DNA of 64,000 nucleotides from Pirellulales bacterium (lineage in GTDB: Bacteria; Planctomycetota; Planctomycetia; Pirellulales; JBBDJB01), in contig JBBDJB010000025.1 in the NCBI GenBank assembly GCA_040880125.1, forward strand, positions 34,268 through 98,267, given 5' to 3'. The position numbers and the translations under genes are program-made. The notes under the pieces were generated by a model. That model had not been told where the DNA came from. It ran no database searches and worked only from the letters and a program-made list of their open reading frames with translations. This document shows, one piece after another, positions 1 through 9,696 of this stretch; the first letter of the stretch is position 1; each line of letters opens with the position of its first letter.

Positions 1-1296
1 GGCGATGGTCGTTTGGAACTGTTGGATTTCGCCTTCGCTGGCGATACGTTCCAGCTCAATTTCCGCCACGCTCCGCCCCAATCGTGACGGCACCGGCGAG
101 GTCAACGCCTGTTCTCGCAAGATGCTGGGCATCCTCCGCTCGATCTGGTTCAGCTCGTCGTTCCACTCTTGGATTTGTTCGCCGCGCTTAGCCTCGAGAA
201 TCTGCAGCTCCGCGGCAACTCGATCGAACTCGGCCTGGCTGATGTACTGTTTCTCGCGGAGTTGCTTGGCGCGATCATATTCGCTGCGGGCCATCTTCAG
301 CCGGGCATCGGCCTCGACCCGATCCTCCTCGCGCCGGATCTTCTCCTGAAGGTAAATCCGCTTTTGGAGATCGACGGCGGATTGCAGTCGATGCGCTGCG
401 GCGATGTTCCCACCGGGCTGGGCCCCCTCCCGGGACTGGGCGGAACCGCTCGGGCTGCTGCTGCCTCCGCTACCGGAATCGCTTCCGTTGCCGCTGTTGG
501 TGGCAACCGGCTCCACCGCCTCGATTTCTTGGGCTAGCCCTTCCTGCATGCTGACCAATTCGTTGAGCTGCGCCACGCAGTTGTCGCGGCGCACTTTCGC
601 TAGTTCCAGGTTGAGCTCGAGCGTGGAAGTGTCGTCCTGCAATCGCTCCAGGTCTCGGGCGACGTCGACAATGCCGTGCTCGCGGCTGAAGTCGAGGTAA
701 GCGGTCGTGGCTGCGGTCAGTGCTTCGCGGCTGCGGACGAGACCCTGCCGATACTCCTCGATATACTTTTCGATGGCCTCGTTCCGCGTGTGGACGACGT
801 GATCGACGAATAGCTCCATCAAACGCTTTAGCATCTCCTGCCCCTGCACTTCGTGCGGCCAACTGAGCGTGACCTCCAGAGTACTGGACCCCATCGGCGT
901 GTGCGTGTGAACGGCGCTGACGATCTCCTGCGGCGGCGCATCCAGCGCAAACTCGTCGCGCAATTCGTCGACGGTCTCGCGGGCGGTGACCATCGTCGCC
1001 ACCGTCTGCAAGTCCGGCGGAACGTAGTGCGGCGCGCCGGAGGTGCTGCGGTTGTAAAGCAGCGTCCCGCTAAAGTTCCACGAATTAGTGGCATGGTTCT
1101 CGCCGACGTAGTATGCCGCCGCGGCGCTGATCGCGCCGCACACCAGCAGCGTATGCCAGTGCCGGCGCAGCATGCCCACCAGAGACACACCCGGCGCGGG
1201 CGCTTCCTGCGTCTGATTGATGGGGCTCGGGTGGTAGGGCCCGGGAACAAAGTTATCCGCCGGCATCAACTGTGTGGAACGGTTTGTCTTTTTCAT
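1..1296 (-). CDS. polysaccharide chain-length determinant / co-polymerase (Wzz/GumC-like PCP family); C-terminus lies beyond the window start
   Basis: Absent from the supplied ORF track because it runs off the edge. My minus-strand translation from the ATG (complement of 1294-1296) reads MKKTNRSTQLMPADNFVPGPYHPSPINQTQEAP...VSLVGMLRRHWHTLLVCGAISAAAAYYVGE, a basic patch plus TM helix as in PCP N-termini. Long coiled-coil text follows (EKYIEEYRQGLVRSREALTAA..., RLKMARSEYDRAKQLREKQYISQAEFDRVAAELQILEAKR). The frame stays open to nt 1. It lies directly downstream of the O-antigen-ligase-like gene on the same strand. Confidence 0.6.
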   Translation of the reverse strand, partial: MKKTNRSTQLMPADNFVPGPYHPSPINQTQEAPAPGVSLVGMLRRHWHTLLVCGAISAAAAYYVGENHATNSWNFSGTLLYNRSTSGAPHYVPPDLQTVATMVTARETVDELRDEFALDAPPQEIVSAVHTHTPMGSSTLEVTLSWPHEVQGQEMLKRLMELFVDHVVHTRNEAIEKYIEEYRQGLVRSREALTAATTAYLDFSREHGIVDVARDLERLQDDTSTLELNLELAKVRRDNCVAQLNELVSMQEGLAQEIEAVEPVATNSGNGSDSGSGGSSSPSGSAQSREGAQPGGNIAAAHRLQSAVDLQKRIYLQEKIRREEDRVEADARLKMARSEYDRAKQLREKQYISQAEFDRVAAELQILEAKRGEQIQEWNDELNQIERRMPSILREQALTSPVPSRLGRSVAEIELERIASEGEIQQFQTTIA

Positions 1297-1415
1297 CGCA
1301 GTCGCCTTGGTGCATCACTTTCGCAAGAAGTCCAGTAAAGCATAGCTTCGTCCAATTCGCCCTTCGCTAATCTTTCATCAGTCCTCGATCGCGCCATACG
1401 CACATTCCCGCCATT

Positions 1416-2840
1416 TCAAGACGGATGCCCGGGAACGAGCCTCCTGGAGACGCCACGGCCGGGCTGACGGGCCATGGAGCCCGCATTCCACGATGGCCGC
1501 TCCTCGAGCGCCAGCACGTGCGCGTGCGCCCGCCAACTGGCCGCCAAGCCGAAGGTCGAGAGAAACATGAAGCCGAAGTCCCGGGCGAGCCATACGGTGA
1601 GCATGAGGCACATCTGCGCCACCAGCACGCCGCACGTGCTGGCCGCGAACAGCGAATACGGTGCCGTAACCCGCCCCGCCTGTTTGGCCAGGTAATAAAT
1701 CGTGCAGGCACCGAGAAGCAAAAACAGCAGTACGCCCAGGTATCCTGAGCTGAGGATCATGTAAATGTAGTGATTGTCAATCGAGGCGAACCGCGGTTCG
1801 AGGTGGTCCTCCACGTACTCCATGTGCGGCGAGCCATCGATCGGACCCAGCTTGCCGAAACCGAGCAGTCCCGCCTCGGCAATGGCCCGCTCGTACACCA
1901 GGAATTGCAGCCAGCGGTGGTCGGTGCCGGTGTAGGGATACGGCTCGCCATCAATGAAGAACACCTCGTAGTCTTTCTCGCCCGACCAGGTGGTTAACAC
2001 TTCATAAGCCAGATGTCGCCCGGCAAGCACCGCGATACAGGCCAGCAGACCCACCGCGAACAGTTGGACTCGCCACTTCGGCCAAGACAGAAAGACCGTA
2101 ACGTAGGCGGCAAAGATCAACCCCAGGGCGGGGCCTCTGGACATCGTGCACAGGATCGCAGCGGCGTTTGCACATGGCACCAGCAGCCACCACTTCGGCC
2201 CGTCCCCCTGATAGGCCCTGCGCGCAGCCTCCAGCGTCCAGGGGGCGAGTAGCAACAACACCATTCCAAAATAGATTGGGTGCGTAAAAGGCCCCTCGGC
2301 TCTTTTGAAACCCAGTCGCAGCGTGTGGGGCTGTTCGAAGGGGCTACTGTGGTTGGTTACATAGCTGATCGGGTTGACCTTGGCGACCGCCTCGAATCCA
2401 GCCCACACCGCCAGGAGCAGGCACGCATAGGCCACAAGCGGCGTAATCCGCCGAATATCCTCGTACGACTGAAACAGCAGCCGCCCTAGTACATACGGCA
2501 TCAGCCACTCCTGCACCGGCCGGACCAGGAGCGAAATCTTCAAGCCCGCGGCGGAAACCTCGGAAACCAATACCACCAAGGCCAATCCGCCCATCAAGAT
2601 GTCCGCCAGGACGAAGCGGCGAGGCAGTCGCGTAGTCGGATGAAGCGCGACGCACGCAAATAGTGCGATGCAGATGCTGGTCTGCATGTCGAGTCGGATT
2701 GGACCGTAGTTGCGGAACAGCCAATAGGGAACAATCAATGCCATGATCCAGCCCACCGACACAGCCGCGCGCACGCCTTGCGCCAGGGTCACCCGGACCA
2801 GGAAAACGCAAATGGCCAGTATCAGCACGTAAAACATCAA
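1416..2840 (-). CDS. O-antigen ligase / polymerase family (Wzy_C-type) integral membrane protein
   Basis: 474-aa ORF with many hydrophobic segments. The loop text RLGFKRAEGPFTHPIYFGMVLLLLAPW resembles the R..G.F.HPN loop motif of the O-antigen ligase family. Sits in the polysaccharide locus. Confidence 0.65.
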   Translation of the reverse strand: MMFYVLILAICVFLVRVTLAQGVRAAVSVGWIMALIVPYWLFRNYGPIRLDMQTSICIALFACVALHPTTRLPRRFVLADILMGGLALVVLVSEVSAAGLKISLLVRPVQEWLMPYVLGRLLFQSYEDIRRITPLVAYACLLLAVWAGFEAVAKVNPISYVTNHSSPFEQPHTLRLGFKRAEGPFTHPIYFGMVLLLLAPWTLEAARRAYQGDGPKWWLLVPCANAAAILCTMSRGPALGLIFAAYVTVFLSWPKWRVQLFAVGLLACIAVLAGRHLAYEVLTTWSGEKDYEVFFIDGEPYPYTGTDHRWLQFLVYERAIAEAGLLGFGKLGPIDGSPHMEYVEDHLEPRFASIDNHYIYMILSSGYLGVLLFLLLGACTIYYLAKQAGRVTAPYSLFAASTCGVLVAQMCLMLTVWLARDFGFMFLSTFGLAASWRAHAHVLALEERPSWNAGSMARQPGRGVSRRLVPGHPS

Positions 2841-3637
2841 GAGAACCTGTCAGAAGGATCGCAATGCGGCACAATCCCTGTTCATGGTAATAACTATTGG
2901 AAGTACCGCAATTCGCCTAACTGGTGACGACGCCCGTTTTTCGCGACTTCGCTCGGTAGATAATACGGCCTGTATCATTTTGATAATTGTGATGGTGATT
3001 CGTCATGTGCCGACCGCGCCGGTCAAGTTGACTCGCGTCCCAGTCGGCCTCGCAAGCGGAGTTGTCTTTCAACCGGCCTCTTTCGGCTCACCAGAGCAAA
3101 CCCGCTGAGCGACCGCGATGTCCGGCAGGTGCAGCGCACTGACGCGATCGTGCATCTCACACAAGTGCCCGGCGGCACGCCTGGCGAGTGCCCCGGATGC
3201 CCTGGCGCTCACCCACGGCCGGCGAATAGCTTTAACAATTCTAGGACATCCTTGACGGGCCGAGCCTGTCGCCTCGTCGCTGCCAACTCCTTGAAATACG
3301 CATCCGGCAACCTTTCGCGCGGGACGGTCTACCATGACGGCCCCGAACGGAACTGCTCGCGCCGTGGCAGCTTTCTAAGTGCGATCCGATAATCCGGACA
3401 GCCCGCAAGGTTTAACGCACGAGCGGGAAAAAGCCGGTTTTGCCGGGCCATTTTCGCCGACTCCAACCCGAGCCAACGTATCGAACTTGCCGATAACAAT
3501 GGCTAGCAGTCGGTACAGGGCGACCATGGTTCGCATTGCCATCACTGCGCCCCACCCCCACCGTCCCCGCCACGCCTTCCACACCTGGCCTGTGGGCGAT
3601 TCACACCGCGGCCCATACGAACCCTCAAGGCAGCTCC

Positions 3638-5392
3638 ATGGATGGACCAACTCGCTACTGGGCCCTGGCAATAGCGCTGGTGGTCCTGACGGGCTGCTAC
3701 CACCACCCTGCGCATGACGTGGTATTCGACGCCGCCAGCTTTGCGCCGCCTCCGGTGACCTGTTGCGAGACCTACACCTCCGGTGTATTTGCCGATCCGG
3801 CCGCCATGGCGCCGCCGGTCATTACGGCCGCGGTCGACGAAATTCCGCGGCGCGAGCAGGTGCCGCTCTCGCTGACAGAAGCCAGGCGAATCGCCCTGGA
3901 AAACAACAAGAACATCGCCGTCGTCGGATTTCTCCCCGGCGAAGCCGAGGCAATCATCGCCGCGGAAATCGGCGTGTTCGACACCATCGGCGGCTTCGAA
4001 GCCGAGGCGGGCAAGCTCGACGAGCAGGTGGTCAGCCTCATCGAGTCGGTTGGTTCCCTCTCGCCCACGCAGCAGACCGACTTCTTCTCGCCGCTGGACA
4101 TGAACAATATTTACGTTCAACAGCCCCTGCGGACCGGCGGTATTGTCGAAGTAGGGCTCGGCACGGACTACCAGTTCCTCGATCCGGCCGGTTCGTTCGT
4201 TTTCGTCAACCCGGCTTGGCGCTCTGCGCTGAACTTGAGCATCACGCAGCCTATCTTCCAGGATGCCGGGCGCGCGGTTGTCGAAGCCCCCATCCGGATC
4301 GCGCAGGCCAATCACCAGCAGGCCGTGCACGACTTCCAGACGGTTGTGCGGACGGTGCTTCGCGAAACGGAAGAGGCCTACTGGACCGTCTATCTGGCGA
4401 AGCGAGAACTGGACATACAGAATGATGCGTTCTACCAGGCGGCCGACACCTTCGAGCGGGAAGAAGAATTGCTGAATCTCGGCGAAGGCGCGCTTCCGGA
4501 CCTGGCCGAAGCAGAAACCCAATTCGAGGCGTTCCGCATCGCCCGCGCCCAGGCGCAGTTTGGCTACGATGCGGCGCAGCGAAACCTGACTCGGCTGCTC
4601 GGCTTCCCGGTCGATTACAGCCGCGAGGTCGTACCGGAAACAGCACCAGAAGTTGAGCCGGTGAATCTGGATTGGTCGATGGCGGTCGTCGCGGTCCAAC
4701 AGCGGCCGGAGATTCTCGCCCAGCAGGCAACCATCCGGGCCGCGCAGACGAACCTCTTTCTCCAGGAAAATGGGCTGGCGCCGGATATCGACGTTGGCTT
4801 CGACTATGCCATCACCGGTCTGGCCGACCGGTTTGACGACTCGATGGATGTCGTGGGCGACAATGACTTCAACAACTGGACGCTCGGCCTGAGCTGGCAA
4901 CGTCCGTTCGGCCGGTTGGTCGCCAACGCGGCAGTGCGCCAGGCACGCCTGGCCTTGAGCCGCGAGATGGCGGCCCTGGATGAGATCGAGCTGGAGGTGA
5001 TGCACGAGTTGCACCAGGCGTACCAGCGACTGGTCACCGCGCAGCGGGTGCTGGAAATGCACGCCCGGCGCCGCGCCGCGGCCGCGCAGCAGTTGGAGGC
5101 CCGGCGTGAGCTGTACCTGCAGCGCCGTGCCACGCTCGACCTGCAGCTCGAAGCCGAACAGATTTACGCCATCGCCCGGCTGGCCGAGAGCGCCGCTTTG
5201 ACGGAGTACCAACAGGCACTGGTCGAGTGGCGATTCGCCAGCGGAACGATGTTCAACAGCGGCGTTGTCATCGAAGAAGCGGTCCCCACCCCCGAGTCGG
5301 ACGAAGCCGCGCCGGAGGAAGCTGTGGATCCCGCAGCGAACGACGCACAAGCCCCCATGCCGCCGCAAATTCAGCGCGTGCCGATGCCGTAA
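3638..5392 (+). CDS. TolC-family outer membrane efflux/export protein (lipoprotein-type signal)
   Basis: The ORF 3536..5392 has an internal ATG at 3638 giving MDGPTRYWALAIALVVLTGC, a lipobox-like signal. LSLTEARRIALENNKNIAV plus a duplicated helical-repeat architecture is typical of the outer membrane efflux protein family. The antisense 685-aa ORF is treated as a shadow. Confidence 0.75.
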   Translation: MDGPTRYWALAIALVVLTGCYHHPAHDVVFDAASFAPPPVTCCETYTSGVFADPAAMAPPVITAAVDEIPRREQVPLSLTEARRIALENNKNIAVVGFLPGEAEAIIAAEIGVFDTIGGFEAEAGKLDEQVVSLIESVGSLSPTQQTDFFSPLDMNNIYVQQPLRTGGIVEVGLGTDYQFLDPAGSFVFVNPAWRSALNLSITQPIFQDAGRAVVEAPIRIAQANHQQAVHDFQTVVRTVLRETEEAYWTVYLAKRELDIQNDAFYQAADTFEREEELLNLGEGALPDLAEAETQFEAFRIARAQAQFGYDAAQRNLTRLLGFPVDYSREVVPETAPEVEPVNLDWSMAVVAVQQRPEILAQQATIRAAQTNLFLQENGLAPDIDVGFDYAITGLADRFDDSMDVVGDNDFNNWTLGLSWQRPFGRLVANAAVRQARLALSREMAALDEIELEVMHELHQAYQRLVTAQRVLEMHARRRAAAAQQLEARRELYLQRRATLDLQLEAEQIYAIARLAESAALTEYQQALVEWRFASGTMFNSGVVIEEAVPTPESDEAAPEEAVDPAANDAQAPMPPQIQRVPMP

Positions 5393-5417
5393 GCGTGATT
5401 GGAACTCCGAGCGGCTG

Positions 5418-6293
5418 CTACGCCGGCTGGCGCTTCCGCTGGAGAAAATAAGCGGCCAGCCCCTCTTGCCAGTCCGGCAGCCTTGGACCGTCGAGGGCGT
5501 GATATTTCGTCGTATCCAGCACGCTGTATGCGGGACGCGGCGCCACCGCGCCGAACTGTGCGCTCGTAATCGGCCGCACATCGACTTCCAACCCCGCACG
5601 GCGAAAGATCGCTTGTGCGAACTCGTACCAGCTCGTCGCGCCCGAATTCACCACGTGGTACGTGCCGTAGGCGTGCGTCTCAATCAGAAACAATATCGCG
5701 GCGGCCACGTGCGGCACATAGCTGGGCGTGCAATGCTGGTCGGCGACAACGGATAGCTCCCGTCGCTCGCTTCCCAGTCGGAGCATCGTCTGCACGAAGT
5801 TCCGCACCTGCTGCCCCGGCGCCGGATGCGCGTAAAGGCCGCACGTGCGAACCACGTAGTGCCGCTCCCACCTGGCGGCATGACGCTCCGCCGCAAGTTT
5901 TGATCGCGCATACACGCCCTGGGGAGCCGGCGTGTCCGATTCGCGCCAGGGTGTCCGCCGCACGGGATCGCCCTGGCCGAACACATAGTCGGTGCTGAGC
6001 TGCACCAGCGGGCAGTCCAGTTCACGGCACACCTCGACCATCCGCTCTACCGCGGTGGCGTTGATCGCGTCGCACAGTTCCGGTTGGCTCTCGGCGCCGT
6101 CGACGTCGGTAAACGCCGCCGCATTGATGACGGCGGCCGGCGAGGTCTCTCGCAGCAATCGAACGAATGCATCGCTGGTGATATCCGCATCCGGACGGTC
6201 CGCGGAAATGGCCCGTTCGCCCAGGCGCCGACAAAACTCCGCTCCAAGCTGTCCGGCAGCGCCGGTTACGACGATCCTGGTCATTGGATTCAC
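5418..6293 (-). CDS. rmlD: dTDP-4-dehydrorhamnose reductase
   Basis: RIVVTGAAGQLG Rossmann motif, AVINAAAFTDVDGAESQPE and STDYVFG match the RmlD pattern. Adjacent to rmlA and rmlB. Confidence 0.9.
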   Translation of the reverse strand: MNPMTRIVVTGAAGQLGAEFCRRLGERAISADRPDADITSDAFVRLLRETSPAAVINAAAFTDVDGAESQPELCDAINATAVERMVEVCRELDCPLVQLSTDYVFGQGDPVRRTPWRESDTPAPQGVYARSKLAAERHAARWERHYVVRTCGLYAHPAPGQQVRNFVQTMLRLGSERRELSVVADQHCTPSYVPHVAAAILFLIETHAYGTYHVVNSGATSWYEFAQAIFRRAGLEVDVRPITSAQFGAVAPRPAYSVLDTTKYHALDGPRLPDWQEGLAAYFLQRKRQPA

Positions 6294-6436
6294 CGGTCGA
6301 GAAAGGCGCCGCTGAGACAGCGGCTGCCGCGGCCTCTAGCAGCGTGTTGAAAAACTGGGACAGCCACGTCGCAAATGAAAATACTCCGAAGTCTCGCTTT
6401 CCACTCTCGGAGCCAGTCCGATTGTGAAGCGAGCAG

Positions 6437-7345
6437 TCAACTGTCCAGCGCGTGGTAGTGCTCGACCAGGTCGAGCAGGTACTGGCTGTACTCGTTCTTC
6501 ATGCTTTGGGCGAACCGCACGACGTCCTCCGCCTGGATGTAACCTTTACGTAGAGCGATCTCTTCGAGGCAGGCCACTTTGAGACCCTGCCGCTGCTCGA
6601 TTACTTCCACGAAATTCGCCGCTTGCAGCATCGTCGTGTGCGTGCCGGTATCCAGCCAGGCAAATCCGCGGCTGAGCCTCTCGACGTGAAGCTGGCCCTG
6701 CTCGAGGTAGCGACGGTTCACGTCGGTGATTTCCAGTTCGCCGCGCGCCGACGGGCGCAGGTCGCGAGCGATGTCCAATACCTGGTTGTCGTAAAAGTAC
6801 AGGCCCGGCACGGCGAAGTGCGACAGTGGCTTTTGCGGCTTCTCCACAAGCGAAATCGCGCGGCCGCTCGCGTCGAATTCGACGACGCCGTACCGCTCCG
6901 GGTCCTTCACCGCGTAGGCAAAGATCGTCGCTCCCATTTCCAGTTGCGCCGCCTTGCTGAGGATGGCCTGCAAGCCCTGCCCGTAGAAAATGTTGTCTCC
7001 CAGCACCAAGGCCACGCGCTCCTTCCCGACAAAGTCGGCCCCGATGATGAACGCCTGGGCCAGCCCCTCCGGCCGCGGCTGGACGGCGTAGCGGATGGAA
7101 ATCCCCAACCGCGAGCCATCGCCCAGCAGGCGCTCGAAATGACCCACGTCGTCGGGCGTCGAGATCAGCAGAATGTCGCGGATGCCGGCGAGCATCAGCG
7201 TCGAAAGCGGATAGTACACCAGCGGTTTGTCGTAGACCGGCAGCAGTTGCTTGCTGACCGCCAGCGTTACCGGATACATGCGCGTACCCGATCCACCTGC
7301 CAGGATGATCCCCTTGCGACATGCCGGTGCGGAAGTTTCGACCAT
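6437..7345 (-). CDS. rmlA: glucose-1-phosphate thymidylyltransferase
   Basis: [54 protein letters not shown] is the canonical RmlA N-terminus. Confidence 0.92.
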   Translation of the reverse strand: MVETSAPACRKGIILAGGSGTRMYPVTLAVSKQLLPVYDKPLVYYPLSTLMLAGIRDILLISTPDDVGHFERLLGDGSRLGISIRYAVQPRPEGLAQAFIIGADFVGKERVALVLGDNIFYGQGLQAILSKAAQLEMGATIFAYAVKDPERYGVVEFDASGRAISLVEKPQKPLSHFAVPGLYFYDNQVLDIARDLRPSARGELEITDVNRRYLEQGQLHVERLSRGFAWLDTGTHTTMLQAANFVEVIEQRQGLKVACLEEIALRKGYIQAEDVVRFAQSMKNEYSQYLLDLVEHYHALDS

Positions 7346-7411
7346 GGATTCCTTGCTCGCGAGATGGAGCAGTAATGGGCGCGCAGCCGGCGCCGTAAGA
7401 ACTCGTCAGGC

Positions 7412-9052
7412 TCAGCGGGAGGCCTGCTCCACTTGATCCAGTCGGTAGGGACTGCCGGGTTGATCCTCGTGCCGGATCTCGTCGACCGGACCTCGCTTCC
7501 CCTCGCCTGCATACAGACGGTTGGGCGCATTGAACACCCAGCCCGGTTCGTCGCTGACGTTCTGATACGCGTGTACCACCCCGGGCGGGATCACCACCGC
7601 ATGCGGATTGCTTTGCCCCACGTCGCAGACCATCCGCTTGCCGTAGCTCGGAGAACTTCGCCGCGCATCCCACAAGTACAAGCGGAAATCGCCCGGCCCC
7701 ACGAAGGCGAAGTAGTCGGTCTGGTCGACATGTTCGTGTGGTCCGCGGGCTACCCCCGGCTCCGTCTGGCTGACATAGGCCATGGCCGGGTGAACCTCCG
7801 CGGCGAGCTCGTCGTGGCGGAACAGCTCGGTCAACCAACCCCGGCTGTCGCGGTGCTGCGAAAGCGGCCTCAGGAGCACGCCGGGGATCATCTCGCACGA
7901 CTCCGCGGCGAACGGGCCTTCGGAAGTCGCAGCGGCGCGACCGTCGCTGGCCGCCACACTTTTCGCCTGCGCGACGCCATCGGTCGAAAACATGCTGCGC
8001 TCTAATCCCAGTCGCCGGCGGTCATATTTATCGGCGCAGACTTGCTCCACCCAGTCGCGATGATCGCGGTACCAGGCGACCGTCTGTTGCAGACCTTCGG
8101 CAAAGTCGATCTGCGGAGTCCATCCCAGCTCGCGCGCGATCTTGCCCGCGTCCACCGCGTAGCGGAAATCGTGTCCCGGCCGATCGGTGACGAACTCGAT
8201 CAGCCCGTCGCAAGGACGGTGTGGCAGTTCAGGCTCTAAGCTGTCAACCGCCTGACAAACCATCCGCACAACATCAATGTTCGCCCGCTCGCAGTTCCCG
8301 CCGATATTGTAGACCTCGCCGGGCTGGCCCGCTTCCAATACCCGCACCAGCGCGCGGCAGTGATCGCTCACGTGGAGCCAGTCGCGCACGTTTTCGCCCC
8401 GTCCGTACACCGGCAGCGGCTTTCCCTCCAGCGCGTTGAGGATCGTCAGCGGAATCAACTTCTCCGGAAACTGATACGGGCCGTAGTTGTTCGAGCAATT
8501 CGTAATCAGCGTAGGCAGATGGTAGGTGTGAAAGTACGCGCGAACGAAATGATCGCTCGACGCCTTCGATGCCGAGTACGGTGAATTCGGTGAGTAGGCA
8601 GTGCTCTCCTGAAATCGTCCATCGTCGCCCAGCGAGCCGTAGACCTCGTCGGTCGAGACGTGCAAGAAGCGAAACTGTCGCTGCTCCTTGTCCGCGAGCC
8701 CTTTCCAGTACGCCAGCGACGCTTCCAGCAGTTGAAAGGTCCCGACGACGTTCGTCTGCACAAAGCTCGCGGGACTGCCGATGGAGCGGTCAACGTGCGA
8801 CTCCGCCGCGAAGTTGATCACCGCGGTGCACTCGTACTGTTCGAGAAGGCGCAGCACAAGCTTGCCGTCGGCGATATCGCCCTCCACAAACACATGGCGC
8901 GGATCGTCCCGCACATCGCGTAGCGATTCGAGGCTGCCGGCGTATGTCAACCGGTCGAGATTGACCAGCCGAGCACCGGTCGCGCTCAGCGCGTGCCGCA
9001 CGAAGTTACTGCCGATAAAGCCGGCGCCGCCGGTCACCAGGATCGTCTTCAT
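7412..9052 (-). CDS. rmlB-rmlC: fused dTDP-glucose 4,6-dehydratase (N-terminal ~345 aa) and cupin-type dTDP-4-dehydrorhamnose 3,5-epimerase-like domain (C-terminal ~165 aa)
   Basis: N-terminus MKTILVTGGAGFIGSNF...YSASKASSDHFVRAY carries the SDR YxxxK motif of RmlB. After a ~35-aa Ala/Ser linker come IPGVLLRPLSQHRDSRGWLTELF and ARGPHEH...AVVIPPGVVHAY, a cupin epimerase-like fold. Confidence 0.85.
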   Translation of the reverse strand: MKTILVTGGAGFIGSNFVRHALSATGARLVNLDRLTYAGSLESLRDVRDDPRHVFVEGDIADGKLVLRLLEQYECTAVINFAAESHVDRSIGSPASFVQTNVVGTFQLLEASLAYWKGLADKEQRQFRFLHVSTDEVYGSLGDDGRFQESTAYSPNSPYSASKASSDHFVRAYFHTYHLPTLITNCSNNYGPYQFPEKLIPLTILNALEGKPLPVYGRGENVRDWLHVSDHCRALVRVLEAGQPGEVYNIGGNCERANIDVVRMVCQAVDSLEPELPHRPCDGLIEFVTDRPGHDFRYAVDAGKIARELGWTPQIDFAEGLQQTVAWYRDHRDWVEQVCADKYDRRRLGLERSMFSTDGVAQAKSVAASDGRAAATSEGPFAAESCEMIPGVLLRPLSQHRDSRGWLTELFRHDELAAEVHPAMAYVSQTEPGVARGPHEHVDQTDYFAFVGPGDFRLYLWDARRSSPSYGKRMVCDVGQSNPHAVVIPPGVVHAYQNVSDEPGWVFNAPNRLYAGEGKRGPVDEIRHEDQPGSPYRLDQVEQASR

Positions 9053-9696
9053 TGATGCCCCTTACCTTGCTCGTCGGGCTATTTGCAAATTCCACGGTCG
9101 CGGAAGTTCCCGCCTGTGCTACCACCATACCGCACTGCCGGCAAAACCGCGTCGCCAGCGCACCCCGACCGTGTTCGAGTTACCGTGCTTTCGGTTGAAT
9201 CACCGGCACATACCGGCCACGCAACGCTCCAATCACAATGTAATTCGCAAGAGAATATACCTCCGGGCGGCACCTCGCCACGGCGAAAGCTTCTGGTAAG
9301 TTGCTCGCCTCCGATCACAGCCGCCGCCCGAGCCGGGGGCACCCTCAATCCGTCGGAGCCAGCAGGGAGCCCCCCTCAGGGGAGCCACCCAACAATCCCC
9401 TATTCTGCCTCATTTCCGATCGCGATCAATTCCCGTATCCCCTTTTAGATAATTGACTTGCGCAGTTTCGCCCTCCGCTGTGGCGATCTGTCGCACTTGC
9501 CGATTCGGGGGGTAGCTCACCCATAATCTGCTGGAAGTTTCATTATTCGCGTGAGTTTATGCGTTCGATCGGGAATAATGTTTCGGCGACTGGGGGTATC
9601 TGCACACCTCGTGGCAATCAGGACAATTGGCCAAGATGCGCAAGAACGGGCGCTCGCTTGGCCAGAGGCACGTTAGACGAAGGAATCGCGGGCAAA

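Noticed and set aside
2884-3671. Small ORFs (74-112 aa) in the 800-nt divergent intergenic region between the ligase-like and TolC-like genes
   Set aside because: They have no motifs, overlap one another and have odd composition. The region is more likely promoter or regulatory DNA, with an AT-rich stretch at 2881-3010.
3542-5599. 685-aa ORF antisense to the TolC-like gene. Similar long antisense or alternative-frame ORFs include 6546..7898, 15218..16192, 22480..23571, 32809..34125, 42603..43505, 55676..56560, 57498..58790, 60585..62315 and 62306..63226.
   Set aside because: These are typical high-GC shadow ORFs. They are Arg/Gly/Pro/Ala-rich with no motifs. Each overlaps a gene on the other strand or frame that has clear family signatures.
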